Source: Candidatus Bathyarchaeota archaeon
Lineage (GTDB): Archaea; Thermoproteota; Bathyarchaeia; Bathyarchaeales; Bathycorpusculaceae
DNA: 64,000 nucleotides
Assembly (NCBI GenBank): GCA_963733095.1
Contig: CAVTBV010000013.1
Location: forward strand, 64,001-128,000
Reading direction: 5' to 3'
Shown here: in pieces, positions 53,779 to 63,856 of the stretch
How the letters are laid out: each line of letters starts with the position of its first letter
How positions within the stretch are numbered: position 1 is the first letter of the stretch
The notes under the pieces: generated by a model
What the model saw: the letters and a program-made list of their open reading frames with translations, nothing else
Told to the model about the DNA's origin: nothing
The model's database searches: none
Position numbers and translations under genes: made by a program

Positions 53779-54180
53779 TCAGGGTTTAAAGCAGTACCTT
53801 TGCCACTGTGGCCATTTATGCGGCGTGCTGCATGTACCAAAATCCAACGTTAAATCCATCCCTATCTTTAGGTGCTCCTGCGTGGTGCCCTGTATCATTC
53901 CAGGAATTTTTAAGCCATTCTCCAACTCCACAATACCCACTGCATAAGGCGTTAATGCTTGGAACTGTTCCGGGGCAATGTGGATGACGGTGTAAGTTAG
54001 TAACTTTCCTTTACCAGAAACTTGAACCCACTCAAACTCCTGAGAATAACAGTTGTCACATAGGGGACGCGGTGGAAGATGGATTTTTCCACATTTGAGG
54101 CATTTTCCAGCCATCAACTTCTGCTGCCCCAAGAACTTGTAGAACTGTTCAATCGTAAAAGGCTCTATTGTACTCATCAT
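53779..54180 (-). CDS. DUF35 Zn-ribbon/OB-fold protein (thiolase partner)
   Basis: CLKCG..HLPPRPLCDNC, PYAVGIVEL. Confidence 0.9.
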   Translation of the reverse strand: MMSTIEPFTIEQFYKFLGQQKLMAGKCLKCGKIHLPPRPLCDNCYSQEFEWVQVSGKGKLLTYTVIHIAPEQFQALTPYAVGIVELENGLKIPGMIQGTTQEHLKIGMDLTLDFGTCSTPHKWPQWQRYCFKP

Positions 54181-55352
54181 TGTGCGCTCCTGTAGATATG
54201 AACTGCTGCCGTGGCTCCTGAACCACCGACATTATGGGTTAAGCCGACTTTTGCATCCTTTACTTGGCGTTTATCCGCCTGTCCTGTCAGTTGAAGGTAC
54301 ATTTCGTAGGCTTGTGCGGTACCTGTTGCGCCGACTGGGTGACCCTTAGCTTTTAAGCCTCCGCTGGTGTTAACTGGGATTCTTCCGCCAAGTCGGGTTG
54401 CGCCGCTTTCTATGAATTTTCCGCTTTCTCCAGGTTTGCAGATGCCGAGGTCTTCATATGCCATGAGTTCTGCGAAGGTGAAGCAGTCATGGACTTCTGC
54501 CAAGTTCACTTGTTGCGGGGTTATTTGTGCCATTTCATAGGCGTTTTTTGCCGCTAACTTTGTGGCGTTTAGTGATGTGAGGCTTTTACGTTGGTATAAG
54601 CCGATGGTGTCGCTGGCTTGTCCGCTGCCAACGATGTGCACTGGCTGGTCAGTGTATTTTCCTGCGAGTTCAGGTTTGGTTAAGATTATGCAGCTTGCGC
54701 CGTCAGTTATAAGCGAACAATCGTAGAGTTTAAGGGGCCATGCGACGTAACGTGATGACATGACAGTTTCAAGGGTGATTTCTTTTTGCATGTGCGCTTT
54801 GGGGTTCATGCTGCCGTGGTAGTGGTTTTTGATGGCTGCCAAAGCAATTTGCTGCTCCGTAGTGCCGTAAGCATGCATGTGCGCAGTCGCCATCAAAGCA
54901 AACAACCCTGGAAAAGTGATTCCGTGCCACTGCTCAAAGGGATAGTCCGAAGCCATAGCGAGGTATTCTGTTACTTCAGCTGTGGTGCGATGCGTCATCT
55001 TTTCAACGCCGCCAACAACAACCACATCTGCCAATCCTGACAAAACAGCGTAGATTCCTGACCTGAGCGCTGCACCTGAAGATGCACATGCGGCTTCAGT
55101 TCGGGTTGCTGGAATACCTGTTAATCCTGCCCAATCTGCGATGGCGCTTCCTGTGTGCCCTTGGTGCTCGTAGGCTTCACCCATGTGCCCGATGAAAATG
55201 GCTTTGATGTCTTTTTTTGGTTCAAGCTTGGGGCAGCGACTAAACGCTTCATAGGCGGCTTGGGAGAAGATTTCTCTTGTTAGTAAGCCGTCGTGTTTGC
55301 CAAACTTGGACATGCCAGCGCTGATTATGCTGACGAGCGGTTTCCCATTCAA
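54177..55352 (-). CDS. thiolase (acetyl-CoA acetyltransferase family)
   Basis: EAACASS, GGVEKM, EVHDCF, SGGLKAKGHPVGATG, HNVGG. Confidence 0.93.
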   Translation of the reverse strand: MNGKPLVSIISAGMSKFGKHDGLLTREIFSQAAYEAFSRCPKLEPKKDIKAIFIGHMGEAYEHQGHTGSAIADWAGLTGIPATRTEAACASSGAALRSGIYAVLSGLADVVVVGGVEKMTHRTTAEVTEYLAMASDYPFEQWHGITFPGLFALMATAHMHAYGTTEQQIALAAIKNHYHGSMNPKAHMQKEITLETVMSSRYVAWPLKLYDCSLITDGASCIILTKPELAGKYTDQPVHIVGSGQASDTIGLYQRKSLTSLNATKLAAKNAYEMAQITPQQVNLAEVHDCFTFAELMAYEDLGICKPGESGKFIESGATRLGGRIPVNTSGGLKAKGHPVGATGTAQAYEMYLQLTGQADKRQVKDAKVGLTHNVGGSGATAAVHIYRSAQ

Positions 55353-55552
55353 ACCCCATGTACCTCTTTAATTGCTATACATTGATGCCAAGCCAGAATA
55401 AAAACCACATCATAATTTCTCCCTCTCAATGCCCATACAATTCAGGGAAATGCCTTTTTTGTGATAGTTGTATCATATTGCCTAAAAATTATCTCGACTC
55501 ACCATTAAAGGAAATATTAAGATTAAAAAATTTTTTGAGATTGGGTGAACGC

Positions 55553-56524
55553 TTAGAGCCCAAACACATAGATTCTTAACGCCAAAACAGGCACCACAAC
55601 GACTAACCCGAACAATGCAGCTGTCACAGTCATGACACGTAGAGCTTTTGGAATATGTTCATGCGATATTCCATGGTCGTCGCCAAGGGTGTAGTGCCCT
55701 TGTTTTTCAAGTTGGATGTTTAAGGCTCCAGCCATAGCTGAGATTGTGAAGCCAGCGTTTGGGCTTGCAGTCTTGTGTTTATCACGTTGTAAGATGCGAT
55801 ACGATTCTCGCCAATCCTCGCGTAACAGGAAAGATGCAGCAACCATAAGGTAAGAGGTTACTCTTGCAGGAATGTAGTTGGCTATTGTGTCTAGGTTTGC
55901 TGAGAACCAGCCGATATTGCGGTTTTCCACGTTCTTGTAGCCAACCATCGAATCCAACGTGTTCACAACGCGATAAGCAAAAGCGCCTGGAACACCAAAA
56001 AACGCAAAAAAGAAGAACGGCGCAGTTATCCCATCAGTTGTGCTTTCGGCGATGGATTCGACGGCGGCAGAAATAATCTGACGCTCATTGAGGCTGTTTG
56101 GGTCCCGCCGAACAATGTAGGGCAACCATTTTCGTGCCACAACCAAATCGTTCTGTTTCAAGGCTTTTGCGATGGGTATGGTGTATTGCCCCATGCCTCT
56201 AATTGCGAAGGTTGCTTTAAACAGGATTGCGCCAACGACTATGTAGAGGATTTCTCCGTAGGGCAGGGTTATTAGCCAGAAAAGGAGCAGAAACACCGGA
56301 AGCTCAACAACCAGCATTATTGTTATCACCATTAAAACCCCGTTTACTTTCTCTACACTGGGATTGGCGTTTTTGGATTTGTGTTTGAGGTACGAAATCA
56401 TTTTTCCTATGCCGATGGTCGGATGAATCCTATCGGGGTACTCTCCAAAAACCATGTCAATCAAAAAAGCTAACGCAAAAATCAAAACGGAATCAGCAAG
56501 CAGTGAGATGTCAAGGATAAACAT
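55553..56524 (-). CDS. cbiB: adenosylcobinamide-phosphate synthase
   Basis: ESIAESTTDG, YRVVNTLDSMVGY, SPNAG. Confidence 0.92.
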   Translation of the reverse strand: MFILDISLLADSVLIFALAFLIDMVFGEYPDRIHPTIGIGKMISYLKHKSKNANPSVEKVNGVLMVITIMLVVELPVFLLLFWLITLPYGEILYIVVGAILFKATFAIRGMGQYTIPIAKALKQNDLVVARKWLPYIVRRDPNSLNERQIISAAVESIAESTTDGITAPFFFFAFFGVPGAFAYRVVNTLDSMVGYKNVENRNIGWFSANLDTIANYIPARVTSYLMVAASFLLREDWRESYRILQRDKHKTASPNAGFTISAMAGALNIQLEKQGHYTLGDDHGISHEHIPKALRVMTVTAALFGLVVVVPVLALRIYVFGL

Positions 56525-56534
56525 AGGTCACGAC

Positions 56535-57665
56535 TCAAACTGCCTTTACTGTCCGCTTTAATGCTTCAATCAACCGCTCATTTTCCACATGGGTTTTGAC
56601 GGCGACCCGAACATAAAATTCATTCAGCCCCTTAAAGGAGGTGCAGTCCCGAATCAGAATACCCTGTTTTAGCATTTTATTTTTCATTTCCGCCGCAGTT
56701 AACCCAGACCCCTCAATGTTGATGAAGAAAAAGTTGGCGTCTGGCTCAGAAAACTTGAACGGTCGAAATTTGCCCAGTTCGTCCTGTAACCATGCTTTTT
56801 CTTTTTTAATGAGTTCGTGCGTAACACGCAGATGCTCCTCGTCTTTCAACGCCGCCACAGCAGCTTCCTGTGCTAGACAGTTGACATTCCACGGAATCTT
56901 TGCACAAGAGATCACATTTATGATTTCAGTATTGGCTATGCCATAACCAACGCGCAAGCCTGTTAACCCAAAAATTTTGGTAAATGACCGCAAGATGAAG
57001 AGGTTAGGGTATTTTTTGATTTTTCCAATCATGGTGAGGTTTTTTTCGTCTTCTACGAACTCTAAAAAGTCTTCATCGAGGAAAACCAGCGTATCCTGTT
57101 CCATCGCGGATTCGATGATGTTTGTTAGTGTTTGTTGTGGGATGAGCATACTTGTGGGGTTGTTGGGGTTGCACAGGAAAACAATTTTTGCTCCAGACAT
57201 TTCACGTTTAAACGCATCAGATTCTATGGTGAAGTTTTTGTCTAATTTGATAAATTTGGGGGCTTCCCCGGTCTTGAGAACTGCGCTCTCGTATTCTCCA
57301 AAGGTTGGTGCTGGCATAACTGCTTTGTCGCCATTCTTAAGGAAAGCCTCTGCAAAAAGGTACATCAATTCCGTGGAGCCGTTTCCAATCACAACGTTGC
57401 CTTTAGTGATTCCGAAGTGGCTTGCAATAACCTGCCTAAGCTTATTCGAGTTTGTATCTGGATAAGCTGCGATTTGGCTGAAGGCTTTTTTGGCTGCATC
57501 AAGCGCTTTTTTTGATGGCCCCAGCGGGTTTACGCTTGAGCTAAAATCTAAAATATCCTGCGGTAAAAGCCCGCTTTCCTCTGCGGCACCTAAAACTTCG
57601 GCGCCATGGACGCATGGCTTGAGATTTTTCACGTTATCCCTGACTAGGCTCTCAATGGGCTTCAT
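56535..57665 (-). CDS. cobD: threonine-phosphate decarboxylase
   Basis: HGA, DFSSSVNPLG, CNPNNPT, RSFTKIFGLTGLRVGY, IRDC; adjacent to cbiB. Confidence 0.85.
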   Translation of the reverse strand: MKPIESLVRDNVKNLKPCVHGAEVLGAAEESGLLPQDILDFSSSVNPLGPSKKALDAAKKAFSQIAAYPDTNSNKLRQVIASHFGITKGNVVIGNGSTELMYLFAEAFLKNGDKAVMPAPTFGEYESAVLKTGEAPKFIKLDKNFTIESDAFKREMSGAKIVFLCNPNNPTSMLIPQQTLTNIIESAMEQDTLVFLDEDFLEFVEDEKNLTMIGKIKKYPNLFILRSFTKIFGLTGLRVGYGIANTEIINVISCAKIPWNVNCLAQEAAVAALKDEEHLRVTHELIKKEKAWLQDELGKFRPFKFSEPDANFFFINIEGSGLTAAEMKNKMLKQGILIRDCTSFKGLNEFYVRVAVKTHVENERLIEALKRTVKAV

Positions 57666-57826
57666 TGTGTTTTTCCTTCAGTTTTGCCGCTAAATTATAG
57701 GGTTTCTTTTTGACGTTAATCATATAAATGTTTGGTTGGATATTCCATCCAAAAGACTTTTCAGCAAAAGGCTTTTTGAGAAGGCAAAACAATGGTATAA
57801 GTTATAAGTTGATAGTTATTGCAAGG

Positions 57827-58018
57827 ATGATTTTGTTGACTGACAAATTAGACAAACACAAAATCCAAGAACTAAGAGAGATGATAGAGCAAAGAGCCCC
57901 TGACCAGCCAGTCGAGAAAGTTCTCGCAATATTCTGCGAACGACATGCACTTTCTCCTGAAACATGCATGTACTACTATAACCTATTAGTTAAAGAGGGA
58001 GTCATTAAAGAAAAATAA
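57827..58018 (+). CDS. small hypothetical protein
   Basis: PVEKVLAIFCERHALSPETC. Confidence 0.6.
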   Translation: MILLTDKLDKHKIQELREMIEQRAPDQPVEKVLAIFCERHALSPETCMYYYNLLVKEGVIKEK

Positions 58019-58059
58019 CTTTAAGTTTTAAACTCTTAATTACTGTGCAGGGTCCAGCG

Positions 58060-58857
58060 TTGAACGAACTTGTCTTCATAGGTTTAGGGTTAAACGACGA
58101 GAAAGGCATTACTGTCAAGGGTTTAGAAGAAACCAAATCAGCGGATGACGTGTTCATGGAAACCTACACGAGTCTTATGCCCGACTTCTCCATGGAGCGC
58201 TTTGAGGCCTTATGCGGCAAGAAAATACAAGTGTTGTCCAGGCGTGACCTTGAAGAAGAAAATGGAACCCAAATTCTCCAAGCTGCCAAAGTAGGTAAAG
58301 CAGTGTTCCTGGTTCCTGGCGACCCATTCATCGCAACAACCCACGTTATCCTGCGGATTGATGCTGAAAAGCTGGGAATAAAAACCCGAGTGATCCATGG
58401 CACCTCTATAATGTCGGCAATCGTTAGCTTATCAGGTTTACATAATTATAAATTTGGAAAAACCGTCACCGTTCCATTTTCCGAGAACTTTTCCGAAACG
58501 CCCTACAATGTCATCGCCCAAAACAAAAAGATGGGGTTGCATACTCTCTGCCTTTTAGATTTGAAGGCTAAAGAAAACCTGTTTTTAAAAATTAACCAAG
58601 CCATCCAAGTGCTAGCAGAAGTTGAAGGGAAAAAGAAGCAAGGAATAATCACTCCTGAAACGGTTGCAGTTGGAATCGCACGGGCAGGCGGCAACAACCC
58701 TACATTAAAAGCAGATTACATCAAAGATTTGGTAAACTATGATTTTGGGGAACCGCCATATAGCCTGATTTTTCCTGGAGATTTGCATTTTATGGAGGTT
58801 GATTCATTGATTGCGTTTGCAGGAGCACCAGCTGATTTTAGGAGGCTTGCCAAATAA
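58060..58857 (+). CDS. dph5: diphthine synthase
   Basis: FIGLGL, ETYTS, GDPFIATTH, YKFGKTVT, HTLCLLD. Confidence 0.95.
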   Translation: MNELVFIGLGLNDEKGITVKGLEETKSADDVFMETYTSLMPDFSMERFEALCGKKIQVLSRRDLEEENGTQILQAAKVGKAVFLVPGDPFIATTHVILRIDAEKLGIKTRVIHGTSIMSAIVSLSGLHNYKFGKTVTVPFSENFSETPYNVIAQNKKMGLHTLCLLDLKAKENLFLKINQAIQVLAEVEGKKKQGIITPETVAVGIARAGGNNPTLKADYIKDLVNYDFGEPPYSLIFPGDLHFMEVDSLIAFAGAPADFRRLAK

Positions 58858-59141
58858 GTTTAGAAACACTAACTACCAAGTACATTTCAATGGCTGAGAA
58901 AGTCTTCCGCGAACTCAAAAAAACCCAAACACCCATCGGTCTAACAGAGGCGATGGTTTCTTCTGTTTTGAGTTATGCCTCTGATTATTTGGAAGATGCA
59001 AAGTATTATAAGGTTCAGGGTAACCTTGAAACCAGCTTAACCTCGGTAGCTTACTGTGAAGGGCTACTTGATGCGTTAAGGTTAATCGGCGCTGTGAAAT
59101 TTGAATGGCCAACAAACAAAGAAAACAAAAAGTTGTATTAG
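58854..59141 (+). CDS. DUF357 domain protein (probable ATA start; first ATG at 58890)
   Basis: YLEDAKYY...SVAYCEGLLDALR; frame open back to ATA overlapping the dph5 TAA. Confidence 0.8.
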   Translation: MSLETLTTKYISMAEKVFRELKKTQTPIGLTEAMVSSVLSYASDYLEDAKYYKVQGNLETSLTSVAYCEGLLDALRLIGAVKFEWPTNKENKKLY

Positions 59142-59563
59142 CTTCAGGCGTTTTTGACTTGCTGCATTTGGGGCATGTCCGGTTTCTGGAAGCAGCCAAG
59201 AAAGCAGGTGGACCAAAAGCTAAACTCATAGTTATTGTCGCCAGAGACAGCACCGTTGAGAAAACCAAGGGAAGAAAACCTATAATGTCTGAGGATCAGC
59301 GCTGTGCACTCGTTGAGTCATTGAGGGTTGTAGATGAATCAGTCCTTGGTTATGAAGACATGGACATCGGCGAAGTCATTGGCAAAGTTAAGCCAGATAT
59401 AATCGCTTTAGGCTATGACCAAGCAGACATGGAGATGGAAGTTAAAACATACATTGCAAAGCATGAATTGCCAGTTGAGGTTGTTAGAATCGACAAGTTT
59501 GCGGAGAATGCTTTAGATAGTTCATCCAAGATTAAACAGAAAATAATCGATAAACTCACCTAA
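59105..59563 (+). CDS. ribL: FAD synthase (cytidylyltransferase family)
   Basis: GVFDLLHLGH, VARD, ALGYDQ, SSSKIK. Confidence 0.9.
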   Translation: MANKQRKQKVVLASGVFDLLHLGHVRFLEAAKKAGGPKAKLIVIVARDSTVEKTKGRKPIMSEDQRCALVESLRVVDESVLGYEDMDIGEVIGKVKPDIIALGYDQADMEMEVKTYIAKHELPVEVVRIDKFAENALDSSSKIKQKIIDKLT

Positions 59564-59578
59564 TAAGGTTTGCAGGCT

Positions 59579-60193
59579 ATGGGTTGTGAGAAGTATAAGC
59601 CAACGTACATTCTGATTGCGTTAAACGTAGCCATCTATATCATAGGCGCAATCGTCGGAGGAGACGCGATCCAAACAACCCCCAATATCTATGTTCACTG
59701 GGGACAAGTTAACGGCTTAGTATTGTATGAAGGCGCCTACTACCAACTGCTCACATCCATGTTCATCCACGCCTCAATATTCCACCTATTTGGTAACATG
59801 CTCTTTCTGCTCATTTTCGGATTAAGAGGCGAAGAAATGTTCTCATTGCCTGAATATCTCGGCATCTACCTTCTTGGCGGGTTAGCGGGCAACCTTCTGT
59901 ACTTAGAGTTTGGACCCCTCAACGTAGCAGGCATAGGAGCTTCGGGCGCAATATTTGCACTTTTTGGAGCATGTGTGATTTACGACAGGCGGTCTGTGAG
60001 GCAATCAATTCTGGGCGGATTGGTTTTCGCGTTCTTTCTGTTCTTCATTAACGTGGAGCCAGGCGTTAACATTTTGGCACACTTAGGTGGCTTAGTCTTC
60101 GGTTTAGTGGCTGGTTACTTGATAGCTTCCCGACGTAAGCCCAAATATGAGCGGACTCAGTTCAGGTATAGGCAATCTAACTTGCCATTTTAG
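59579..60193 (+). CDS. rhomboid intramembrane serine protease
   Basis: HLFGNM, GASGA, AHLGG. Confidence 0.92.
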   Translation: MGCEKYKPTYILIALNVAIYIIGAIVGGDAIQTTPNIYVHWGQVNGLVLYEGAYYQLLTSMFIHASIFHLFGNMLFLLIFGLRGEEMFSLPEYLGIYLLGGLAGNLLYLEFGPLNVAGIGASGAIFALFGACVIYDRRSVRQSILGGLVFAFFLFFINVEPGVNILAHLGGLVFGLVAGYLIASRRKPKYERTQFRYRQSNLPF

Positions 60194-60882
60194 CTGCTTT
60201 GAGTGAAGATTTCCACTTTTACTTTGTTGCTGTCTTTTATGCACAGAGCTTTTCGAAGGCATACAGGCGCAATTATTTCTAAAACTGAAGCGTCGTAGTG
60301 GCTACGCAAAGCCGTTATCAACGCACCTTTAACTTCGCCGTCGATGACTGCAGGGTAAGCTTTTACTAAGCCAAACGTGCGATCCTCGTTTTTGAAGCCT
60401 TTAACTTCAATCGCCGGGTACGCGTCAAGTTCCATGCGAGTCTTAACGTCATAATCCGTTTGCAGTTTCAGGTTAAGAGTGCCGGGATAAGGTTCAAACC
60501 CTAACTTTTCAACAATTTGGCCCCGATAATGCTCCTTTCCTATGTAGTAAGCGCCCTCACCTAAACCCGTGAAGACTGTTCCCTCCAAAGTAACAGAGGG
60601 CGGATAAGATTTCTCCATCAAAACCTTGAGTTCAGAATACAATTTCTGCAGCTCTTTGGTGCCTTGCTCTTCAATCTTGATCAGGCTACCGTCTGGAGTA
60701 ATGTTACGGTTTATCCAGCTTTTGCGTTCAAGCTCGATTAGGTAGCGTGAGGCGGTCTGCTGGGAAATACAAAGTTTTTTGGCTAGGTATTCAGTTGAGA
60801 TTTTGGCGGTTCGCCTGTAAGCGCCCATCTCGGCGAGTTTTAGGAGCATGTAGAGATGTTGCCACTGCTGTTTCTCGGTCAA
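60190..60882 (-). CDS. ribK: CTP-dependent riboflavin kinase with N-terminal HTH (RbkR-type)
   Basis: SQQTASRYL, GLGEGAYY, PYPGTLN, LEIIAP. Confidence 0.92.
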   Translation of the reverse strand: MTEKQQWQHLYMLLKLAEMGAYRRTAKISTEYLAKKLCISQQTASRYLIELERKSWINRNITPDGSLIKIEEQGTKELQKLYSELKVLMEKSYPPSVTLEGTVFTGLGEGAYYIGKEHYRGQIVEKLGFEPYPGTLNLKLQTDYDVKTRMELDAYPAIEVKGFKNEDRTFGLVKAYPAVIDGEVKGALITALRSHYDASVLEIIAPVCLRKALCIKDSNKVKVEIFTQSS

Positions 60883-61065
60883 TGCATGGTTCTCCAGTAG
60901 CTTAGAAAATGGCTGGTTGAATATTTAAGCGGCTCGAAACCAAACCGCTTGTTTTTTCCTCGATTCTGGTGGTTTATTTTTTTTAACCAATGAAGTCTTT
61001 TAGTTTTTTATTAGTCTTCTTTCGATTACAAGTGACCTTGGTTTACAAAGTACCAAACACATTCG

Positions 61066-61260
61066 ATGACTGATTATCTCCTTAAAATTGTCCTTGACAA
61101 TCCAGAATTGTTTCCTGAGATTGCCCAGCTTACAAATTATCAGACCAAAACAAAAAATAGCAAAGCTGAATTGACAGAGCTTTTTGGAAAGTACGATAAC
61201 GAAGTAACCACACAAATATTGAGCAGAGGTGACCAAGGACTTAATCCCATCCTCTTTTAA
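61066..61260 (+). CDS. hypothetical protein
   Basis: 64-aa ORF. Confidence 0.35.
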   Translation: MTDYLLKIVLDNPELFPEIAQLTNYQTKTKNSKAELTELFGKYDNEVTTQILSRGDQGLNPILF

Positions 61261-61357
61261 AGAAAACATTATAGACCATTTATAACTACAGATGATCTAA
61301 CCAAAAAAAAGAAGCCTCCAAAAAAAGAAAAAGAGAGTATGTTCTATTATTATGTTA

Positions 61358-61756
61358 TTATTTTTCTGGTCTTTCAAGCAGTTCTATATAGCCAAAAACA
61401 GGCAGTTCCAAATCTTCTCGTCTATATCCTTTGAACGCAACGTGTTTTTCCCATCTGTCAGGGTCTACCAGAACAGTTCTGTGGTCAACGTAGATTAGTT
61501 TTTCAAAGGGAACGATTTTTTCAGAAACTTCTTTGTCGGGTAATTCTTCGCCAAGCTTACATCTTTCCATTGCCCAACGTTTAGCTTCTTCTTCAGTCAA
61601 TTTGAAACCGCTAATAGTATCAATTCCTATTTCCTCATTCAGTATCCAATCTTCTACGTGACCTTTGAGTTGATGCACATGCCCTGTTTTGGAATATTCT
61701 TCAAGGTCGATGTCCCTATTGTCATCTATGACTAATAACAGATAGATTTTGTTCAT
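61358..61756 (-). CDS. hypothetical protein
   Basis: 132-aa acidic ORF. Confidence 0.6.
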   Translation of the reverse strand: MNKIYLLLVIDDNRDIDLEEYSKTGHVHQLKGHVEDWILNEEIGIDTISGFKLTEEEAKRWAMERCKLGEELPDKEVSEKIVPFEKLIYVDHRTVLVDPDRWEKHVAFKGYRREDLELPVFGYIELLERPEK

Positions 61757-61922
61757 AATTTCAGCCTAATTGATATTCTACTCAATGCAGAATTAAGACT
61801 TTTTGTTTCGCACTGATTAGGTTCATAGCCTTAAACTGCAATAAGTCACAAGTCTACGCTATTCGCTGTTTCGTATGTTAAACTTTTAAGCAATAGGTTG
61901 TTTAGATAGTAGGGGGAAATGT

Positions 61923-62036
61923 GTGGATAAAAAACCTATTACCGTCGCCGAAGCAGGAAGGTTAGTCTCACGGAAATTAAAAGGGAGAAAAATCCCACAC
62001 CAAGTTAACAGAACCCATTTTAGTATCCCTCAATAG
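61923..62036 (+). CDS. 37-aa basic microprotein
   Basis: GTG start after GGGGG RBS; MDKKPITVAEAGRLVSRKLKGRKIPHQVNRTHFSIPQ. Confidence 0.35.
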   Translation: MDKKPITVAEAGRLVSRKLKGRKIPHQVNRTHFSIPQ

Positions 62037-62061
62037 GGGTTATAGAAGAAAAAGATATTGG

Positions 62062-62421
62062 TTATCGGGCTTTTTCGTTGTCTTTTTTCTCTTCAAGTTT
62101 TCTGGCTTCTCTTTGAATCTGTTCTTGAGCATATGCAATCAACAGACACAAACCGTTGTTTGCCACACACATTTCGCTGTCTTTTAATGAAATTGCCATA
62201 TCATAGAAAATGTTTTCAATTTCTTCTTCGGCATCTGGCTGCAACTTTAGTGATGATAAGTCGAGGTGTGTTTCTGCAAAAGGAAATCGCCCCTGCAACT
62301 CTTGAAGTATTGTTCTTTTTTCGCACAACTGCCTAGTCTCTTTTATCGGCATACCTTTTCCTATGTCAACGAGCATGTTCAAATTGAAAGTCAAATAAGT
62401 CAATAGGTTGATTTTTACCAT
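62062..62421 (-). CDS. hypothetical protein
   Basis: 119-aa ORF with GAGGGG RBS. Confidence 0.6.
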   Translation of the reverse strand: MVKINLLTYLTFNLNMLVDIGKGMPIKETRQLCEKRTILQELQGRFPFAETHLDLSSLKLQPDAEEEIENIFYDMAISLKDSEMCVANNGLCLLIAYAQEQIQREARKLEEKKDNEKAR

Positions 62422-62480
62422 TTATTGGACCCCCTCGCAGTATCATTCGAAGCGATCATTAGTTTACCTATCTTCATGCT

Positions 62481-62684
62481 TCAGCACGCAGAATCTAAAC
62501 AATTAAGCTTTTGTTTTTCGTCCTTCAAAACGAACTTGTAACATTCACAGTTAGGTTTAATACATACTCTATCTAGAAAAATCGAGTGCTCACTTTTAAG
62601 ATGCCCACACGTGCACATTTCATCTTTAATTTTAGCTTTATCCATCAAAATTTCTCTTGTTAAATAAACAACCTTAGCCTTCAA
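62481..62684 (-). CDS. small Cys/His zinc-finger protein
   Basis: CTCGHLKSEH...C...CEC. Confidence 0.55.
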   Translation of the reverse strand: MKAKVVYLTREILMDKAKIKDEMCTCGHLKSEHSIFLDRVCIKPNCECYKFVLKDEKQKLNCLDSAC

Positions 62685-62690
62685 AAAGCT

Positions 62691-62888
62691 TTAGGTGTGG
62701 TTATAATTAAATTTTAGTACTGATAACAAAAAAGAAAGAATACAAAAACCTCGTGTAATTATATTACACACTCTATCAGCCCTATTAAAATAGGCAATTT
62801 TATTGTATGTTCCATTTATAGGCTTAAAAAAAGGTAGTGTTACTACTACGTAACCTAGGAAACTAAACGTAACATATTTTTCACCCAA
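62691..62888 (-). CDS. small hypothetical membrane protein
   Basis: 65-aa hydrophobic ORF. Confidence 0.3.
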   Translation of the reverse strand: MGEKYVTFSFLGYVVVTLPFFKPINGTYNKIAYFNRADRVCNIITRGFCILSFLLSVLKFNYNHT

Positions 62889-62905
62889 AAGAGTGTCTCT
62901 ATTCT

Positions 62906-63082
62906 TTACTTAACAAGTTCGTCACTTGGAACAAGAATTGTGGGATACTCTAGTGAACCACTTGATTTGTTACCTGTTTTCGTGTGACCCTTCGTGCATC
63001 TCATTCCGATTCTTGTTTTGGCTGCATTTTCCCAAATCTTTTCCGTTGGTCCACCACATATTGGGCACTTAAAATCTTTCAT
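62906..63082 (-). CDS. 58-aa zinc-ribbon protein (not in ORF track)
   Basis: MKDFKCPICGGPTEKIW...MRCTKGH; GGTGA RBS. Confidence 0.6.
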   Translation of the reverse strand: MKDFKCPICGGPTEKIWENAAKTRIGMRCTKGHTKTGNKSSGSLEYPTILVPSDELVK

Positions 63083-63212
63083 ATAATTTCACCAAAACCA
63101 AAAAATCAAGAGTGAATAAAACGTAACTGTGTATTTCCAATTTTTTTCTCTCCTTTAGAGTTATGTTGACTTGTTTTCTTAAGTCTTCCTACCAAAGAAA
63201 AAGAGTTAAGGC

Positions 63213-63524
63213 TCAAGTTTTTTTATTCATCTTACGCTCTAACGCTTTATCGTAAGTAAAGTCATAGTCTGTTATCCACTGTTGCCAACTTTTCTTTTTT
63301 ACGGGATCAATATGTTTCGCTATATCTGGGGCTGTCCACAAACACCGGATACACATATTAACAGTTTCAAGGCCATCTTCTTGATCCTCTTTTGCGATTG
63401 TCTTAATTGCAGCTTCCTTTTTTGAATAGAAGCGACCACATAAAGGACACTTAACGTCGCTGAGTTCGCCAACCACTTCTCTAATTTCCCTATTTTGTTT
63501 TCCGTTAGCCTTCTTCTTGGCCAT
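63213..63524 (-). CDS. zinc-finger hypothetical protein
   Basis: CPLCG...CIRC; TAATG-coupled. Confidence 0.65.
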   Translation of the reverse strand: MAKKKANGKQNREIREVVGELSDVKCPLCGRFYSKKEAAIKTIAKEDQEDGLETVNMCIRCLWTAPDIAKHIDPVKKKSWQQWITDYDFTYDKALERKMNKKT

Positions 63525-63856
63525 TATTTAGCGCCTTCTTTTTCAAGTTTTTCTATAGATTCCGTGAGTTGTTTTTGAAGTTTCTGTAGTGTTGGATGCT
63601 TTGCTAAATTGGGATTTTCTTCTATTAATGGGACCAATTCCGAAAAAGCTTTCTCTAAATAATTTCCTATAACTTCAAGGTATAAATTCCAAAGCTTGGG
63701 CATAAGCATATTGTAGATGTCATCGTCGGTAAATCCTTCTTGACGCATTTTTGTAAAAATATCCGTTTCTACATTATCAATTAGGATGTTTTTAGCTGCT
63801 TTACTTGCTTCTATGAACTCTCTAAAAGTCATTTCAGATGTTTTCTTGCTTATCAT
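63524..63856 (-). CDS. hypothetical protein
   Basis: 110-aa helical ORF. Confidence 0.6.
   Translation of the reverse strand: MISKKTSEMTFREFIEASKAAKNILIDNVETDIFTKMRQEGFTDDDIYNMLMPKLWNLYLEVIGNYLEKAFSELVPLIEENPNLAKHPTLQKLQKQLTESIEKLEKEGAK

Noticed and set aside
55358-55579. 73-aa + strand ORF with Cys residues between thiolase and cbiB
   Set aside because: Covers the probable thiolase promoter region, overlaps the cbiB end and lacks an RBS or family motif.
60927-60975. AAGCGG/CCGCTT hairpin with GGCTCGAAACC and nearby TGGTGG as an att of the right-hand element
   Set aside because: Similarity to a tRNA end is too short, and no partner repeat is present in the window.
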